This document shows, one piece after another, positions 1 to 13,646 of a DNA stretch of 64,000 bases (position 1 is its first letter; each line of letters opens with the position of its first letter). The notes below the pieces were generated by a model. It ran no database searches, had not been told where the DNA came from, and was given only the letters and a program-made list of their open reading frames with translations. The stretch lies in the NCBI GenBank assembly GCA_010093815.1, contig ML996569.1. The stretch is one strand, 5' to 3'. The DNA comes from Pseudovirgaria hyperparasitica (taxonomy: Eukaryota). The position numbers and the translations under genes were made by a program.

Positions 1-2159
1 CCGCTGCCAGATCTACCCAGAACACTTTACCAGAATCAAACCCAGAAATCGCCAGGCTGGCTCCCGCAGTACTGTCCGGACCCCAGCGTTCTGCCGACCC
101 CGGGCCAAGTCCTGGTACTGTACCCTCGAAAACGCAAAGCAAACCAGTTCTATCAGTGCCGTATCAGAACACGTCGCCTTCCACACCACCGTCGTCCACC
201 GCTCCGGCGCCCTCTCGTACAACGAGTCAAGCTCAAACTGCGGCACCGTCGGTGGACGATCGACGCAGGAAGCTTTCGAGGCCTCAGAATAAAGCCGAGA
301 CTCGCAGCTTGCGTGGTGATTCATCGTCGCAGGAGAACGACAAAAAAATGCATCAAACATCTTCAAGACTCCTCCGCATGACGGACGATGAGCGACCATA
401 TACTCGGGTACGTAGTGTTGCTTCTATCGTTGTGCCTGCCCCTCTCATGCACGATTCTTCGTTTGGTTCACCTGCTGCAGCCTTGCCACGTGTACCTATC
501 CACTTCCCACGTTTTTCTCTCCCACCATTCCATATACCAAACCTTAATGTTAGATTCTGCACTTGCAGTTTCTTCGACCACATCAATCATGTCGTGCTCC
601 CCTATCACATCGCTTTCTGAAATCACCTCATTTGTCGGAGCTAAGCACGAATGGGTATCCAAGACGCTCTCATTGCATATATGGCCGTCAAACAAGAAGT
701 CTATACTAACCAATCGTGTAGGACTTCAAGGACTTGTTCGCCACACTCATCGTTAGCCTTCCCCTTACAGCGCATCGTGTCCGCTTTCAGAAAGTTGATC
801 ACACATTCACCTCTGAAGAAGCTATCACCAACTTAGGCTCGCTCAAATTCTCACAATCTAACCGAATGCCCGATCCGAAAGATCCTTCGCGTATTGTCAC
901 CACCACCACTACCACAACCTTCTCCATGGCCAAAGAAATGGCTCGTTCTGTCTGTCAGAAGTTCCTGGACGCGAGATTCATCGAGTCTGTTGATGGAAAG
1001 ATCGACTTTACATCCAAAAGTGCGGTATGGCAGTTGACACCCAAGGGCATGCATATCCTTCACCGGTTCTGCCTACGCAACGGCATTGCACAAGACCACG
1101 TTAAGAGTATAATAGAATCGCCAAGAAACTGTATGAAGCTCGTCATTTTAGAAAGAGATGTCGAAAGCGATAGGCTCAGCCATGACGCCGCTACTGTCGA
1201 AGTCATCTTTCGCAGATTTGCTGGGCCAGCTCCGAATGTCAAGACAGAAGCAGCAGTATCTGACTCTGACTCCATACATGAGTATGCCACTGGCCTGGTC
1301 GGTGTCAAGATGTTGAACGATCGCAAGGTCGGTGACCGCTTCTACAAACTGTCCTTCACAGGCAAGGCTGCCACAGATTGGCTCATGGATTGTTGCACTA
1401 TGGTAGACAAGCGTGAAACATACGAAGTGGCTAGTCTCTTTGTTGAATTTGGATTGATCCGCGCTGTTGAAGGGTTCGGTAACACGACCCGGTTCCAGGC
1501 ATCAAAAGGCGCCATATACTACGTCACAGAGCGTGGCCAAGTTGTTGCAGGTTGGCTCTCAGGTCCTACAGGTTCTCTCAATGGAGATTCCGCAAGCAAG
1601 CTTACTACTCCCGGCAACATGGTAGGGCGAGATTCAAATGCCAACAGGATGCAAGTCATCGTCAAAGATCCCGCCCTCCGGTTACTGTTCAGGGAATATT
1701 TGAGACATACTCACTGCGAGGAAAATCTGTCTTTCTACCTAGATGTCAGCGAATTTCTGACAAACTACCGAACCTCTAAGAAGTCTACAAACACACCCAA
1801 ACTCGAGTTCATCAGAGAGACGCTCGCGTCGGCTTACAGTAAGTGACTGCTGCTCATACCCGCAATTGTTCTAACCACCACCAGGCCTTTACAACGCTTT
1901 CCTTGCACCGGGCTCGCCCTGCGAGCTGAACATTGACCATTCATTGCGCATTGCATTGGCATCCAGGATGACACGCGCGGTCGGTGACGATGATGCGATG
2001 ATCAGAAGTCTTGATGAGGTTGCCAACCTGTTCGATCAGGCGCAGACAACTGTATTCAAACTTATGGCGACTGACTCGGTACCCAAATTCTCGAGAGACC
2101 CGAAGTATGTCAATGTTCTCAAGGAACGTAACCTGGACTTCGGCAACTCCTCGCAATAG
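1..2159 (+). CDS. flbA: RGS protein of the FlbA/Sst2 family (two DEP domains + RGS domain). Exons ~1/349-407, 722-1838, 1885-2159; the frame is open to the window edge, so the start may lie upstream.
   Basis: MHQTSSRLLRMTDDERPYTR|DFKDLFATLIVSLPL, SLKFSQSNRMPDPKDPSRIVTTTTTTTFSMAKEMARS, LFREYLRHTHCEENLSFY, LYNAFLAPGSPCELNIDH. Canonical GT..CTAAC..AG introns. Confidence 0.93.
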
Positions 2160-5100
2160 TCATGAAGTGATGGAACACCACCTTCACTCTATTCGGAGAC
2201 GTTCTACAACTCTCACTCGCGCCCAGTCTCGAACAGAACACTTACCTTCAACAACTGGTGAGACGCTATACAGACATTCATTTGACCATCACATCGTGTC
2301 TCACCTGTATGCCTCGCCTGCAGCCAACTTGCAATATATTGTGAGAGTTTCGTAAATAAAACCCGCCGCATGCGCTGCAGGACTGTCGAACCTCGCGAGC
2401 CGTCTTCTCGTATCTTACTAGCACATATTCAGATTTATTAATCCGCACTCCACTTTTGGCTCGGATTTGTGCATTTTTTCACCAACTTCATTTGACGATG
2501 GTCTCGATGCAATTAGAACGGCGTTATGGGTCATACAAAACGAAACGATCAGCTCTTATTCAACAGTGCGCAGCGGAGTAGGAGCTTTTACGGGAGGATG
2601 GTGTTGTTCCTGCCTGCGTTAGCGGACCAGCTTGGTTGCTTGGTTGCGCTGTTTCTATACTACTGAAAGCTTTGCATTCTGGGCAAGTCCCATGGTGCTG
2701 GAGAGCTTAGAGGCTCTGTTAGGATCTTCATGCGCTGTAGCATGTTTGGATGGTGGGTGACTTGGGCGAACCACGTGCGTGGAGGACGAAGGCGCATGCG
2801 GTATTCGATAGTGTGCATGAGGCTTGATGAATCCAAGAGTCGCAATGAACATCAAATCCCCACTCTTGTATGCAGCACAGCAGCGTATGTTAGCACAACT
2901 CGTAATTGAGATGCCCAAGATGGAGCCTATATCCACATGATTATTACATTCCAGTACTCTCTATTTCCATTTATATCTCAATAACTGTATCCTACTAACG
3001 TGTTCTTTTTCATCGACTCGATAGCTCCATTACCCCGCCTCCTCTCATCATCACCGTCAACTCCACCTGTATCATCACCCCCAACTACAGCGCAGCCAAC
3101 GACGATCAAGAAACAACTGCCCCACGTGACACAGGCGACACAACTCTTGTCATCTCGCACGCACTCACGCATGCATGCAGCGTCGACCGCGCGCGAACAG
3201 AGAGCCCTATGATTTCCCCGAATGTTCACGCGCTGTCACTAGCCTTTACCTATGAGGCCACGTACCTGATACGTGATGCAGTCAGTGTTCCCTGAGCAGC
3301 AATGGTGCACTGTCCTTTCCTGCCCTATCTGCCGGTCCGGGCTTTTCATTACCGGCTATTTTTGGCTGTTGTATCATTCCATCACACAGGTACATACATA
3401 CCTACCTACCTAATTCGTGTTCCTAGTGGGTCGCACGGGGCAAGTATGCTAATAGATGATCCTGGGGCAGTTACGAAATAATAGGGCCGATATTGTTTGC
3501 TGTTGAGGCTGTGGTGGTGCTGGTGGTGATTAGGGTATAGTGCTGATTGATGATCGGGGGAGAGGGGAGGAGGTGGTGGGGCAACAAACTCATTGGCGAT
3601 CGCAGGGAGGGGGGGAGGCCTCAGGTATGCGGTTTGTTGCTATATATACACATATACACATATATGTATGTATACATATACGATTCAATCGAATGTTCGG
3701 TTTGTTCTCGGGTCTTTGTATGAGTGTCGGGGATTACGTCGTTTTCGGCAGATGGATGGGTAGCGGATGGTAGGGTTAGGTAGGTACATATTCATGTCGT
3801 CGGGTCTTGCTGTCGTTTGGGTCCGGGCGCGGCATGGCCGCGTGGGAAACTAAGGTATTGCTAGGTCGTTTGCGGATGTGGTGTAGGGTAAGGTATCCTA
3901 ACGATAGGGTATCAGGGCATTCTAGCGATAGGACATCCTAGCCAACGGTGTGATGTCGGTGCCATTGCAATGGGAATGCATAGAATAGAAACGATAATCG
4001 AAATGGAAATGGAATGGAATGACGTGGGTCGGTCTGTTCGATAACCTGATGCAGGGCTGATGCGGCGTAGTTTGGAAGGCGGGCTCCCCCCAGGGTACAT
4101 ACAGTACATAACAGTACTTGCAGTAATTACCTACAGCACGCTGGCTGGAAGGGGGGGGGCCTTGGAAATACCTTACCGTAGCGTGGAGTTATTTCCGGAC
4201 GCGTGAGATTGGGAAGGGGCATCGACGGGGTGGCGATTCTGGTGGCGTGTTGGGATGAGGTGATGGATTTGGAGGTGGTGGTGGTGGTGAGAATGGGCGG
4301 GTAGGGATGAGGGCGGGAATGGGGATCGGGGATGGCGTGTTTGGATGTGGGTGGGCCACGTGGAAGAGGTGATGGGCTGATGGGAAGGGCTTGGTTCGGA
4401 CGGGTTGTGGTCGTTTATGGCGGGATGTGACGGTCACCTGTTTCGACGAGAACGGATGGATGAATGATTGACTGCTGTCGTGTTCTCTATGGCATAGGTT
4501 CCTTGTGTTCGCACTGTCAGCTTTAGAGCCATGGATCGGTTGCCTAAATAGGTCGTAGCGCAGATCTTGGAGAAATGTCTGAATCAGTAATATCTGAAGC
4601 GGGACTGTCTGGATTGGGACTGTCCGAGTCAGGACTGTCTGAGTCAAGAACATAAAAACTCGCAAAGTAGATATACTGCCCTTGAATTTCAGCCGACAGA
4701 GCGCAACTTGGTCTTGAGACAGCCAAGTCAAGTGCGACCACCTCTGGAGTCTCATTTGGACAGGATACTATCCTCTAGGGCACAGGATTTGAATATCTAA
4801 ATCACAAAGAAATTGCAGTCAAAGGAAGGACACAAAGACACGCTGCCTAGGCCGCATCGCAAAGAACGCCTCATGCCTCCCCAACGACACCCACGCACTC
4901 CCCATACCGTGTACCCACCTCCAACCTTTCGATCAAGGCGAGATCCCAACTGTTAGGTGACATAGCTGCAACACGGTGGTCTATGATGGGAATGATGCCC
5001 CCGAAGACGGAAATGGAGACAATGGGACGATTATCAGACATGGATATAAGATACCTTTGTCCTACTGGTCTTAGAAAGCCATTTCGGATACACGATGAAA

Positions 5101-5529
5101 AGCGTATGTAGCATACAGAAGAGCTTAGATTGAAGTGTAGGACTGCGTTCTGTTTCTCAAGCGGCATCTGGCAACTCGAGTTTGTTCTTTCTGTTGGACA
5201 GCATACAAACGATGGTAAATCGACAGCATAAGTGCTCACTGACAGACGACGAACAGACAAAAGCATGTCTGCATTCGGCACCCTGACGAATGGAATTGCT
5301 CAACTCCGATATATGTTCTTGTCTTTGAATGTGTCCTAGAAAGTAGAATAAGATAGTGCCAGCGCTTAGGATAAAGCAGCGTGGAATGTGGCACAGTGAC
5401 TAGATTTAAGACTTGAAGAAAGCCGCCATACATAGAAGCAGCAGATCTCACGGAACCAGGTTCGCCAGAACTTGGAAATCTTTCCTTCGTTCCGCATTCT
5501 CTGACCCCAATATACATTTCCTTATCAAC

Positions 5530-6294
5530 ATGCCTAGAGCGACTCGAAAACGCCGCCGTGCTGTCGAAAGCTCAAATACTAGGCAGAGTAAGAAGAAGAA
5601 GTTGGTACGTTCCTGACTGTCATGATGGCGCGAAGGATACAACTGATGTCCTCGATCAGACTCCAGTTGAGGAAGAGACTGAAACAGTCAAGGAAGAGAC
5701 TGAAGACGAACGCGAAGAACGAGAAGCAAGAGAGAATGCTATGCAGGAACTTGAGCATGCTTACATAAGGGTTAAATATAACCGTGAGCCAAAGGTCTGT
5801 TGCGAAAGGATCCCATATGATACTCTCCAATCTAATTCGCTATTCAGGATCCGTCAAAGTCTCCAAAATTCGAACTGAACCATAAAGTGTCACAAAGATA
5901 TGTGTTAGGCGGAAGAGAGACCATTTTGTACGGTTACATCCATTTCATTGAATGGCTGAAGCCAGGCAAAGGCCAGGAGGGCTCATACATGTATCACCTG
6001 CGTGAGCACGAAGACGCCAGCGTCCTTCCATTCAAGATGTTGCCAACATCGCCCACAGACGCCTATGGAGATGCCGGCCGTTCTGGGCGTCTCAACAAGT
6101 GCGGATATGATGTAGGCGACGCTGTGTATGCGACTGGCGTGGGTTATGCCAAGATAGGTTATATTGGTAAAGAAGATGGTCCCGATGGTCGACAGTATCT
6201 GCTTTGTGATGGCAAAACTGGGAAGACTTTCAAGAAGCCAGATGGTAGCGTATGGTATTGGCAGGATGACTTCACGGGATGGTACCTACCTTGA
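5530..6294 (+). CDS. Hypothetical protein, 3 exons: basic N-terminus, acidic helix, then two Tudor/SH3-like beta-rich repeats
   Basis: ATG at 5530 (MPRATRKRRR...KKKKL). Introns at ~5605-5660 and ~5794-5848 join the ORFs in frame to DPSKSPKFELNHKV...GYDVGDAVY...DGSVWYW. Confidence 0.65.
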
Positions 6295-7458
6295 TGTTAA
6301 CTTGGTGAGCGAGCAAGTCAAAATGTCAACGTCGAACGAAGTCATGGGCCAAGCTTGAGGAGGTCATGGAACACAAAAAGCATTGCGTGATATGCGTATT
6401 GAGAGCTTTCGAGTTGATTGGGAATGGAGTTGCTGTCAAGACTTTTGACTCGGGCAATTTTTTTTAGTTCGTGTAGCTCCAACACTCAATGTAAGCTGGC
6501 TTAACAGAATACACACTCGAAAATGTATGGTACTGCGTCCTGCTTTGAGAAGGGCTCCAGGCCGAAAAGTCAAACAGTAGGGGGATTTCCGGATCTTGCA
6601 ATCCGAAACCCATGGCTATCACACTCGGCGAAAGGGGCTCTGACGGATATGAGTCTGATTGTTGATCGTGATAAGTAGTATGAAAGCAGTGACAGTATCG
6701 CAGATCATGAAGCAGTTAACCCTAGGCAAGTCAGGAGAATGATTCGATAATGTCATTTTCAGCACCCATCTAGGCCTCGCGCACTCAATGCTACGATATT
6801 GACTGCTTTATCCCGTGAAGGAGTCTCTATCGGTGTAATGAGCGTCGCTCAATATGTGAAATAAGTACGTGTTGGCTGGATATTGCTCTCTATGTAGGGC
6901 TAATTACAGAGCGACTCTCACTTTCCCAGAAAATTGCAGCCGAAAGTCCCCGATGCCTTGCGGCAGATGAGACGGAGAGTTAAGAGCACATGGATGAGAT
7001 TCATATGATTCAGCCGTCAACTTGGACTTCCGTCTATTCTACTCAAACAACAGAGCAGGACGCATGAAAAAACAAAGAGAATAAATGCAAGATTACTTAC
7101 TGAGTACACAGGATCGAACATTTAGGTTGTATGCTGTATCCCGAATAGAGTATTGAGCTAGCATTTCTCCGGATCGTAGATTATCTGAGTGCTTAAATGT
7201 TACCTTGCATTAGTCTGCAGGCGGTAGTTATATGCCTAAGATTAGCACTTTTGAAAGCATGCTCAAAAATTCGCCGACATGTCTTAAGCAGCAATACCAA
7301 TATATAATCCTCACAAAGCACCATCAATCACTCTATATCTCCAAGATAGTTCGACATCACATAAATCAAGCAGCAGTCAGCAGAGCAAACGCTTCCGAAC
7401 TTCGAAAAACACTACCTCAAGTCCCTCTTCCAGAATCTCATTCCTCTCTCTAGGCCAG

Positions 7459-8480
7459 ATGGCTCTTGCAACAAAGGACAATCAGAGGAACATTGCAAAA
7501 GCGGACCATGAAATAAGACCCCTGTTTACGAAGACACTGGGAGAAAAAACCGGCGCCAGGGAAGAAAATGGCGTTCGAAAATCAGCTCTGCTCAAAATTC
7601 CAAGCTTGAAGTCGGGTTTACCCAAAATGAAGGGCAGTGTGGAAGGATTGAGATACTGGTCCAGAGCGAACAAGGCAGTCGATGAGCAGAACACTCCGCG
7701 TAGAGCGGGTCACAAAGCAGGAAATGGAAAAATTGAGGTGAGACATCTATACGATCAGGTGATCCTTCAGCCGGGAATGTTGACCGACTTCAACAGCGCA
7801 GTCCAAGGTTCCAATTAGGCAGTCGCGTCCAGACAAATTGCTATTATGACAACGGCTTCATCCACCAGATCCGCGAGCAAAACGGCAAATTTGAGTATCG
7901 CGTACGACATACGTGGTATTATGCCTTTGAGTATTGGCCATCTTGGTTGGAGTCGAAGATCGGTGCATGGGTCTCAGAAGATAAGCTTATTTTGGCGCCA
8001 ACTAAACTCACATCAACGCAAGATGCGCCAAATATCCCATATGAGAGACTTGAAGAAACGCCATGGTTCTCGCGTCCAACCGATCTTGGATTCGATATCG
8101 GAGATCACGCTTTGACTGTGATCAACGGCAAGGAAGTTGAAGTACAGGTTCTTAGGAGTGGCTACTCACATGGGCCTTCGTTTGGGTCTGCGGGCGTATC
8201 AGGAAAACTTGATCCAAGGGCAGAAAGCATACCAGAAGGCGAGATGTATATGCTGTCAGATGCAGCAGGCAGGGAGACTCTTGTGAACAAGAACGGTTCG
8301 CTATGGTTTGCATATGCAGAGTATTCACTCAAGAAGCTACCACAAGACACAGAGACGGACTCTCGGGCGAAATCAGAAAATTTGGCAGGGAGGTTATCGG
8401 TGCACAGGGAGGCGAACCTGTGTGCGAATGAAGCAATACCCGATCTGAGCTTCCAGATGGCGGCGCCTACGAGAGCGTGA
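7459..8480 (+). CDS. Hypothetical protein, 2 exons; divergent paralogue of 5530-6294
   Basis: Intron GTGAGA..TTGAC..CAG (~7738-7796) joins ORF 7459 to RSPRFQLGSRV...GFIHQI...FEYRVRH...GFDIGD...YMLSD...NGSLWF. Confidence 0.65.
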
Positions 8481-9165
8481 GCAAGGTAGATGTAATAATA
8501 TGATAGCATTGCGAGGAGGTATAGTGCATTCTTCGAAACAAGGTTACCAAAAAAATATAAAGAACCAACCTCTTGATACACCTAAAGCCCTGTTTCTATG
8601 TTTTGTCAGTACGTAACGTGGCACAGCGGTATACGGATAACCAAACGCAGCTTCTGCCTTGCACCACATCAGCCAAGCGGCCGCCAATCGCCAATACGGA
8701 GAGTATGATCGAAGAACTCTCGAACAGGGTCAAGCCGATTTACCAGCGAAATGAAACATTTTGACACATTCATATTGCAACAGCCTTACCACTATCTTCG
8801 TCCAACAGAACCATATTTAGATTCCAATATCCTACTCTCGCACTATCGGGGGGCAGGTAGGGTTATTTGCAGATATATGTCGGCTGGACGCATGTAGCGT
8901 ATCGTGCGCGTAGCTAATATAGCTTAGCGCGACATCGAGTGAACGGAATGGGCACTCCAGCCATGTCCTAACCTAATGCGGTAAGGCTTCCTAGCTCTAT
9001 GCGACCTCAGTTGGTAGCCGCATGATTGATCCCATGAGCATTGCAAACGCGACGACTATGTCTTACGTTAGTCATATCATATCAACTTCACCAAGCTGCC
9101 TTTCATGGCCACTCTGAAGCTAGACCAAAGCCACGGCCTCATCAACCGATATCGAGCTTCCAGAC

Positions 9166-10895
9166 ATGCCTGGCGGGGTGGCAGCAGCTCTTGAGCCCTT
9201 GATCCCGGGTGATCAGTACTCCCCAGACTTGCCCGAGGACGATGATGATGTGGAGGAGAGATATGAAAGCAAAATAAAGGCTGCTGGAAGCTTCATCTGG
9301 GGACTAACACTGGCTGCTGGCGTGAGTGGACTGCTGTTTGGCTATGAGTAGGTTCAGCGCAAGACTACATATCGGTATGCATTCCTGACGATGCGAATAA
9401 CAGCACGGGAGTGATATCGTCTACACTTGTCTCGATCGGCTCTGACTTGTCCAATCGTCCGCTTACCACACTCGACAAGTCGCTTATCACGTCTTGTACA
9501 TCACTATTCGCACTGCTAGCCTCTCCTATCACAGGCCTCCTTGCTGACGCGCTCGGCCGGAAGCGCGTCATCCTCGTCGCGGACATACTGTTCATAATTG
9601 GAGCATTGTGGCAAGCACTCACTACCAGCGTCTGGGGTATGATCGGTGGGCGCAGCGTGGTTGGTTTGGCTGTTGGTAGTGCGAGCTTCGTGGTGCCGCT
9701 ATACATCTCGGAACTTGCTCCTAGCCCGTTCAGGGGACGTCTGGTTACGATATCAAGTCTGTTCATTACTGGTGGACAAGTTGTGGCGTATCTAATAGGA
9801 TGGCTTTTTTCCACCCAAACACACGGATGGAAGTGGATGGTCGGCCTTGGTGCTCTTCCTGCTGCTGTGCAATTCTGCATTCTAGGATTCATGCCCGAAA
9901 CGCCGAGATGGCTTGTCAAAGCTGGACGTCGTGAGCGTGCAAAGAGAATTCTAACCAGTGTGTATGGTATCGACCAGGATGCCCTTGTTGAAAGTGTGCT
10001 TCGTCGCATTGAGAAAGAGGTCATGGAAGAGGAGACTGCTGCGGGCCCGAAAGAAGATGGTTCAGCGTGGAGCAGAATTACCGCCAACGCGTGCGAACTC
10101 TTTTTTATTCCTGCAAACCGTCGCGCTCTCTCAATTGCCTGTATGCTGCAAGGCTTCCAACAACTTTGCGGCTTCGTATGCCTGCCCCCTCGCCTTGCCA
10201 CTCCTGACTAACGCTCTATATAGAATTCCTTGATGTACTTCTCCGCAACGATCTTCTCCCTTGTTGGCTTCCGCTCACCAACCCTAACATCTCTCTCCAT
10301 CGCACTCACAAACTTCGCCTTTACCATCGTCGCGTTCTACGCCATCGATCGCATAGGCCGCCGCCGCATCCTACTCTATTCCATCCCCATCATGACTTTC
10401 GGGTTGGTCCTTTGTAGTATCGCGTTCAATTTCTTTCAACTTCCAACGGCCTCGCCACAAGATGCTCTTCTTCTGCGGGCCTTTCACCTACCCGGTCGCC
10501 GTGAAGGGAACAAAGCCACGGCATGGCCGCTTGTCATCCTCTTTGCCATGATAACCTACGTCGCTGGCTACGCCATCGGACTTGGCAATGTGCCTTGGCA
10601 ACAATCAGAGCTCTTCCCACTCTCTGTGCGCGCACTTGGCTCTGCACTCGCAACAAGCACGAACTGGGGCTCGAACACGCTTGTGGGCTTGACATTCCTG
10701 CCTATGATGACATGGCTGACTCCAGTGGGGACGTTTACTATATACATGCTCGTGTGTGTGGCAGGCTGGGCTTGCGTGTGGATGATATATCCCGAGACAA
10801 GCGGGTTGAGTCTTGAGGGTGTTGGTGGCTTACTCCGAGATGGATATGGCGTGTCTGAAAGCATGCGGAGTTTCTCTGCGCGTCGTAGTCGGTAG
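9166..10895 (+). CDS. MFS sugar-porter family, myo-inositol transporter-like, 3 exons
   Basis: GLLFGYD|TGVISSTL, DALGRK, PLYISELAP, PETPRWL, QQLCGF|NSLMYFSATIF, DRIGRR, PWQQSELFP, PET motifs. Confidence 0.92.
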
Positions 10896-12032
10896 TTGAA
10901 CCGGATAATTTACAGATAATCGGAGCAAATACTGTCATTCAAGTCAAAAGGTCAGCATTCGTGTATGTTCCACGCCTCTCCAGCCTGTTTCACTCCCTAA
11001 TGCAGCCTAGCGCCTCTGTTCTTGAGCTGTGCACAAAATACAAAAGCTCTGGCTTCACTGAAAGTTGAACCGGGGCCCAAACTTACTCGGATTGCCATAC
11101 GAAACCAGCATTCGGCGTCCCGAATAGGTTTGCACCTGGGACGTGCGTCCACCACCAGGCCATCGTATCTCAACGATGAAGGTCTCTAGCTTTAGTAAAA
11201 TAAATAAAGTGCGAGCGCACCGAGAGAGGTGGTTGGGAGAATCAGGGGTCCTCGAGGTGGTCCGTGGGTAGTGAACAACGTGGGAGATCAGGCACCCGTA
11301 TGCTTGGACGCGTTTATTCAGGCTACCGAACTGGGTAGAATTGGCTTACGCTGGGATGCACATGGCATGTATAAGCGGTATAATGCTGTTTATCTCACAG
11401 CAGAGCTTCTAGGCTATGTATCACCGATCTCCCAGTCCCCCTCGAACCGCAAGATGCCTATACACGTTCTACGAATGGTACTTTTGTTGCACAATCAAAT
11501 CGCAACTCGGGCTTCTGGATGCTGCAAAATGAAACTGGGAATCTGCCTGGATCCACTTCACGTGTATCTAGCACCTGAAAATTCAGTGTCATCAGCACTG
11601 CAAAACCTGGATTCAACCTTCTAGCTCACTCAACAGACGCTGCTATATACATTAGGTGCTTAAGTTATCTGTATCCACTACTAATATCAGCATGCCATCG
11701 AAACCGCATAGCTTTGGTGGAGTGTAGCCGCCTCCACGTCCTGGACGATGGGCTGAGCTGCGAAAAGATGCACGGGAAGCGCGAACAGTCGGGTTACAAT
11801 GGCATAAGTTAGAAAGAGTTCTGTATAGCAGGATAATCAAGATATGGTTTCGAAAAAAATGGGATGAATTGGGGAATGCCACCGGGACGGCTCGAGTTAT
11901 AGCATTCTGAGGAGACACAGTGTTTCAGAATGAAAAGAGTGTGATGCATAGGCTTCAATAGCTCAAATGATATCCAAATGGTACGGTATATAGATGGTTG
12001 GTCTCAGAGAACTCCCTAAACAGTCAAAAGCT

Positions 12033-13646
12033 CTAATGGCTACGCATGAAATGACGCTTCACTGCAAACCGGACTCCTATACGTACCCTCCTAGCCGCAC
12101 TTTCCACCCGGTTGCGCACAAGAGAAACTGCACTTTCCACACGCTCTTTCAATCGCCACCTGTGCAACGACGTGTGATATCCGCTACGGATATGCCAGCG
12201 GCGCCGTCTGGCTTGCCCTGGGCTTTGCATCTCCTCAATTCTTCTCCTCTCTTCCGCAGCCGCCGCACCCCAGGTCTCGTCCATTGATAGCGTCTCAAGG
12301 ACTGGTGTTGATGGCTCGAAGCTGGGACGTGGCTCATTATGAAGGTCTGGAGCACTCGCGAGGAAACGAGGCCGTTCGGGCGTCTTCGTGACACCCTCCT
12401 CCGCTAAATTCCACGTCGAATTCGCTGCTGTCGTAGGGACGTAGCTGCGCCAAAGGAGTTCGTCTGTCGCGGCAGCACCTGCCAGCTCCTCTTGATACTT
12501 CCGGGCCTCTTCCTTCTGGCCCTCTATCCTGGCGTGTTCAAATCTCCAAGCTCGTTCTGCGGCCTCCTTCTTCTTCAGTGTATGCAGCGCCTCCTCGGAC
12601 GGTGTCCGCAGATGATAGTCTTCATGGCCTGGCTGCTGATGCGCAGCGCGTACGATCTGCTGGTAGACCGTCATCGGGTCAAAACTGCTGGTCGACGCAT
12701 TGCTGACGGAGAGCCCATCCAGAATCCTACGGCTGCGTTCCTGCTCGGGATTCAACTGCAGTATCTCCTGGATTCGCTGTTTGCCAGACGAATCTGGCGC
12801 TCTGAACCCGCCTCCTCTGCTCGAGCTTAAAGATTCTGAAGATGCGTACCCAATGTCTGATGGGCTGAAATAGACATCGCCGGACGGCGTACCAGCCGAC
12901 GGTGTAGTATTTTGTGACGGGACAGCCAGACGCGGGGCGGGAGCGGAGGCTTCGACTGGGTCAGTCAAAACCGGGCTGGAGGATTGTGTAGAAGTTATGG
13001 TCGTTTCTTGGGTTCCATGCTCTTGAATTGGACTGAGAGCCGTCTTGACGGAGAAAAGAGGTGGTGGGACGATTGTCGAAAGGTGCGAGCCACGAACAAC
13101 GGGTTTCAGGATCTGAAGTTCTGTAGCTTGATAAGTTGATTCGGGTAACTCACTTTGCTGTGTTGTTATGGCTATAGTGGCGGGGTTCTGAGTATCGTGA
13201 TAGAGCCAACGGGGTGGAGAGGGCGGTTTATTGAGATCTGGAGAAGAGTCCGAGTCCGGCTCTACTACAGCTGGTGGATATGTGCCGCTGTTGGAGCTCA
13301 CTGGGCTCACTGTACGGTGGTAGGGAAAGGGCCGTTCGGGAGATCTATCAGGAACTGGTGGTGTGTTCTGCTCTTCATAGTTCCCAAACGTCTGAGTCTC
13401 TTGTGCTAAATTGCTATCAAATTGTTCTTGTGGCAGCAACAAGGTATCTAGCTCCAGAGAGTCTGTCGATGGTGTCGTGTCCCTATCAAAGGAGAAATTA
13501 GGGGTTGGCGCCGGTCTAGAGTGTGCGGAACCGGCTGAAGCATTGGTATCTGAGGGAGGACTTTCTCGTGGCTCTTGCTGGCCAGACACCTTGGGAGGTG
13601 AAAGAGAAACGTATGTCTTAGATGTGGGCTTTGTAGGACCTGCCAT
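12033..13646 (-). CDS. Hypothetical low-complexity Ser/Pro/Thr-rich protein (537 aa)
   Basis: Long uninterrupted ORF from an ATG, with a charged helical segment. No domain recognised. Confidence 0.55.
   Translation of the reverse strand: MAGPTKPTSKTYVSLSPPKVSGQQEPRESPPSDTNASAGSAHSRPAPTPNFSFDRDTTPSTDSLELDTLLLPQEQFDSNLAQETQTFGNYEEQNTPPVPDRSPERPFPYHRTVSPVSSNSGTYPPAVVEPDSDSSPDLNKPPSPPRWLYHDTQNPATIAITTQQSELPESTYQATELQILKPVVRGSHLSTIVPPPLFSVKTALSPIQEHGTQETTITSTQSSSPVLTDPVEASAPAPRLAVPSQNTTPSAGTPSGDVYFSPSDIGYASSESLSSSRGGGFRAPDSSGKQRIQEILQLNPEQERSRRILDGLSVSNASTSSFDPMTVYQQIVRAAHQQPGHEDYHLRTPSEEALHTLKKKEAAERAWRFEHARIEGQKEEARKYQEELAGAAATDELLWRSYVPTTAANSTWNLAEEGVTKTPERPRFLASAPDLHNEPRPSFEPSTPVLETLSMDETWGAAAAEERRRIEEMQSPGQARRRRWHIRSGYHTSLHRWRLKERVESAVSLVRNRVESAARRVRIGVRFAVKRHFMRSH

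Noticed and set aside
3300..4760. G-rich tract, TAGGGTTAGG and the Pro-rich ORF 4189-4755
   Set aside because: Low-complexity intergenic or promoter-like DNA. There is no tandem telomeric array and no convincing gene model.
9365..10201. Long antisense ORFs over the transporter (also over CCE1 and PEX19)
   Set aside because: Shadow frames of well-supported genes on the opposite strand.
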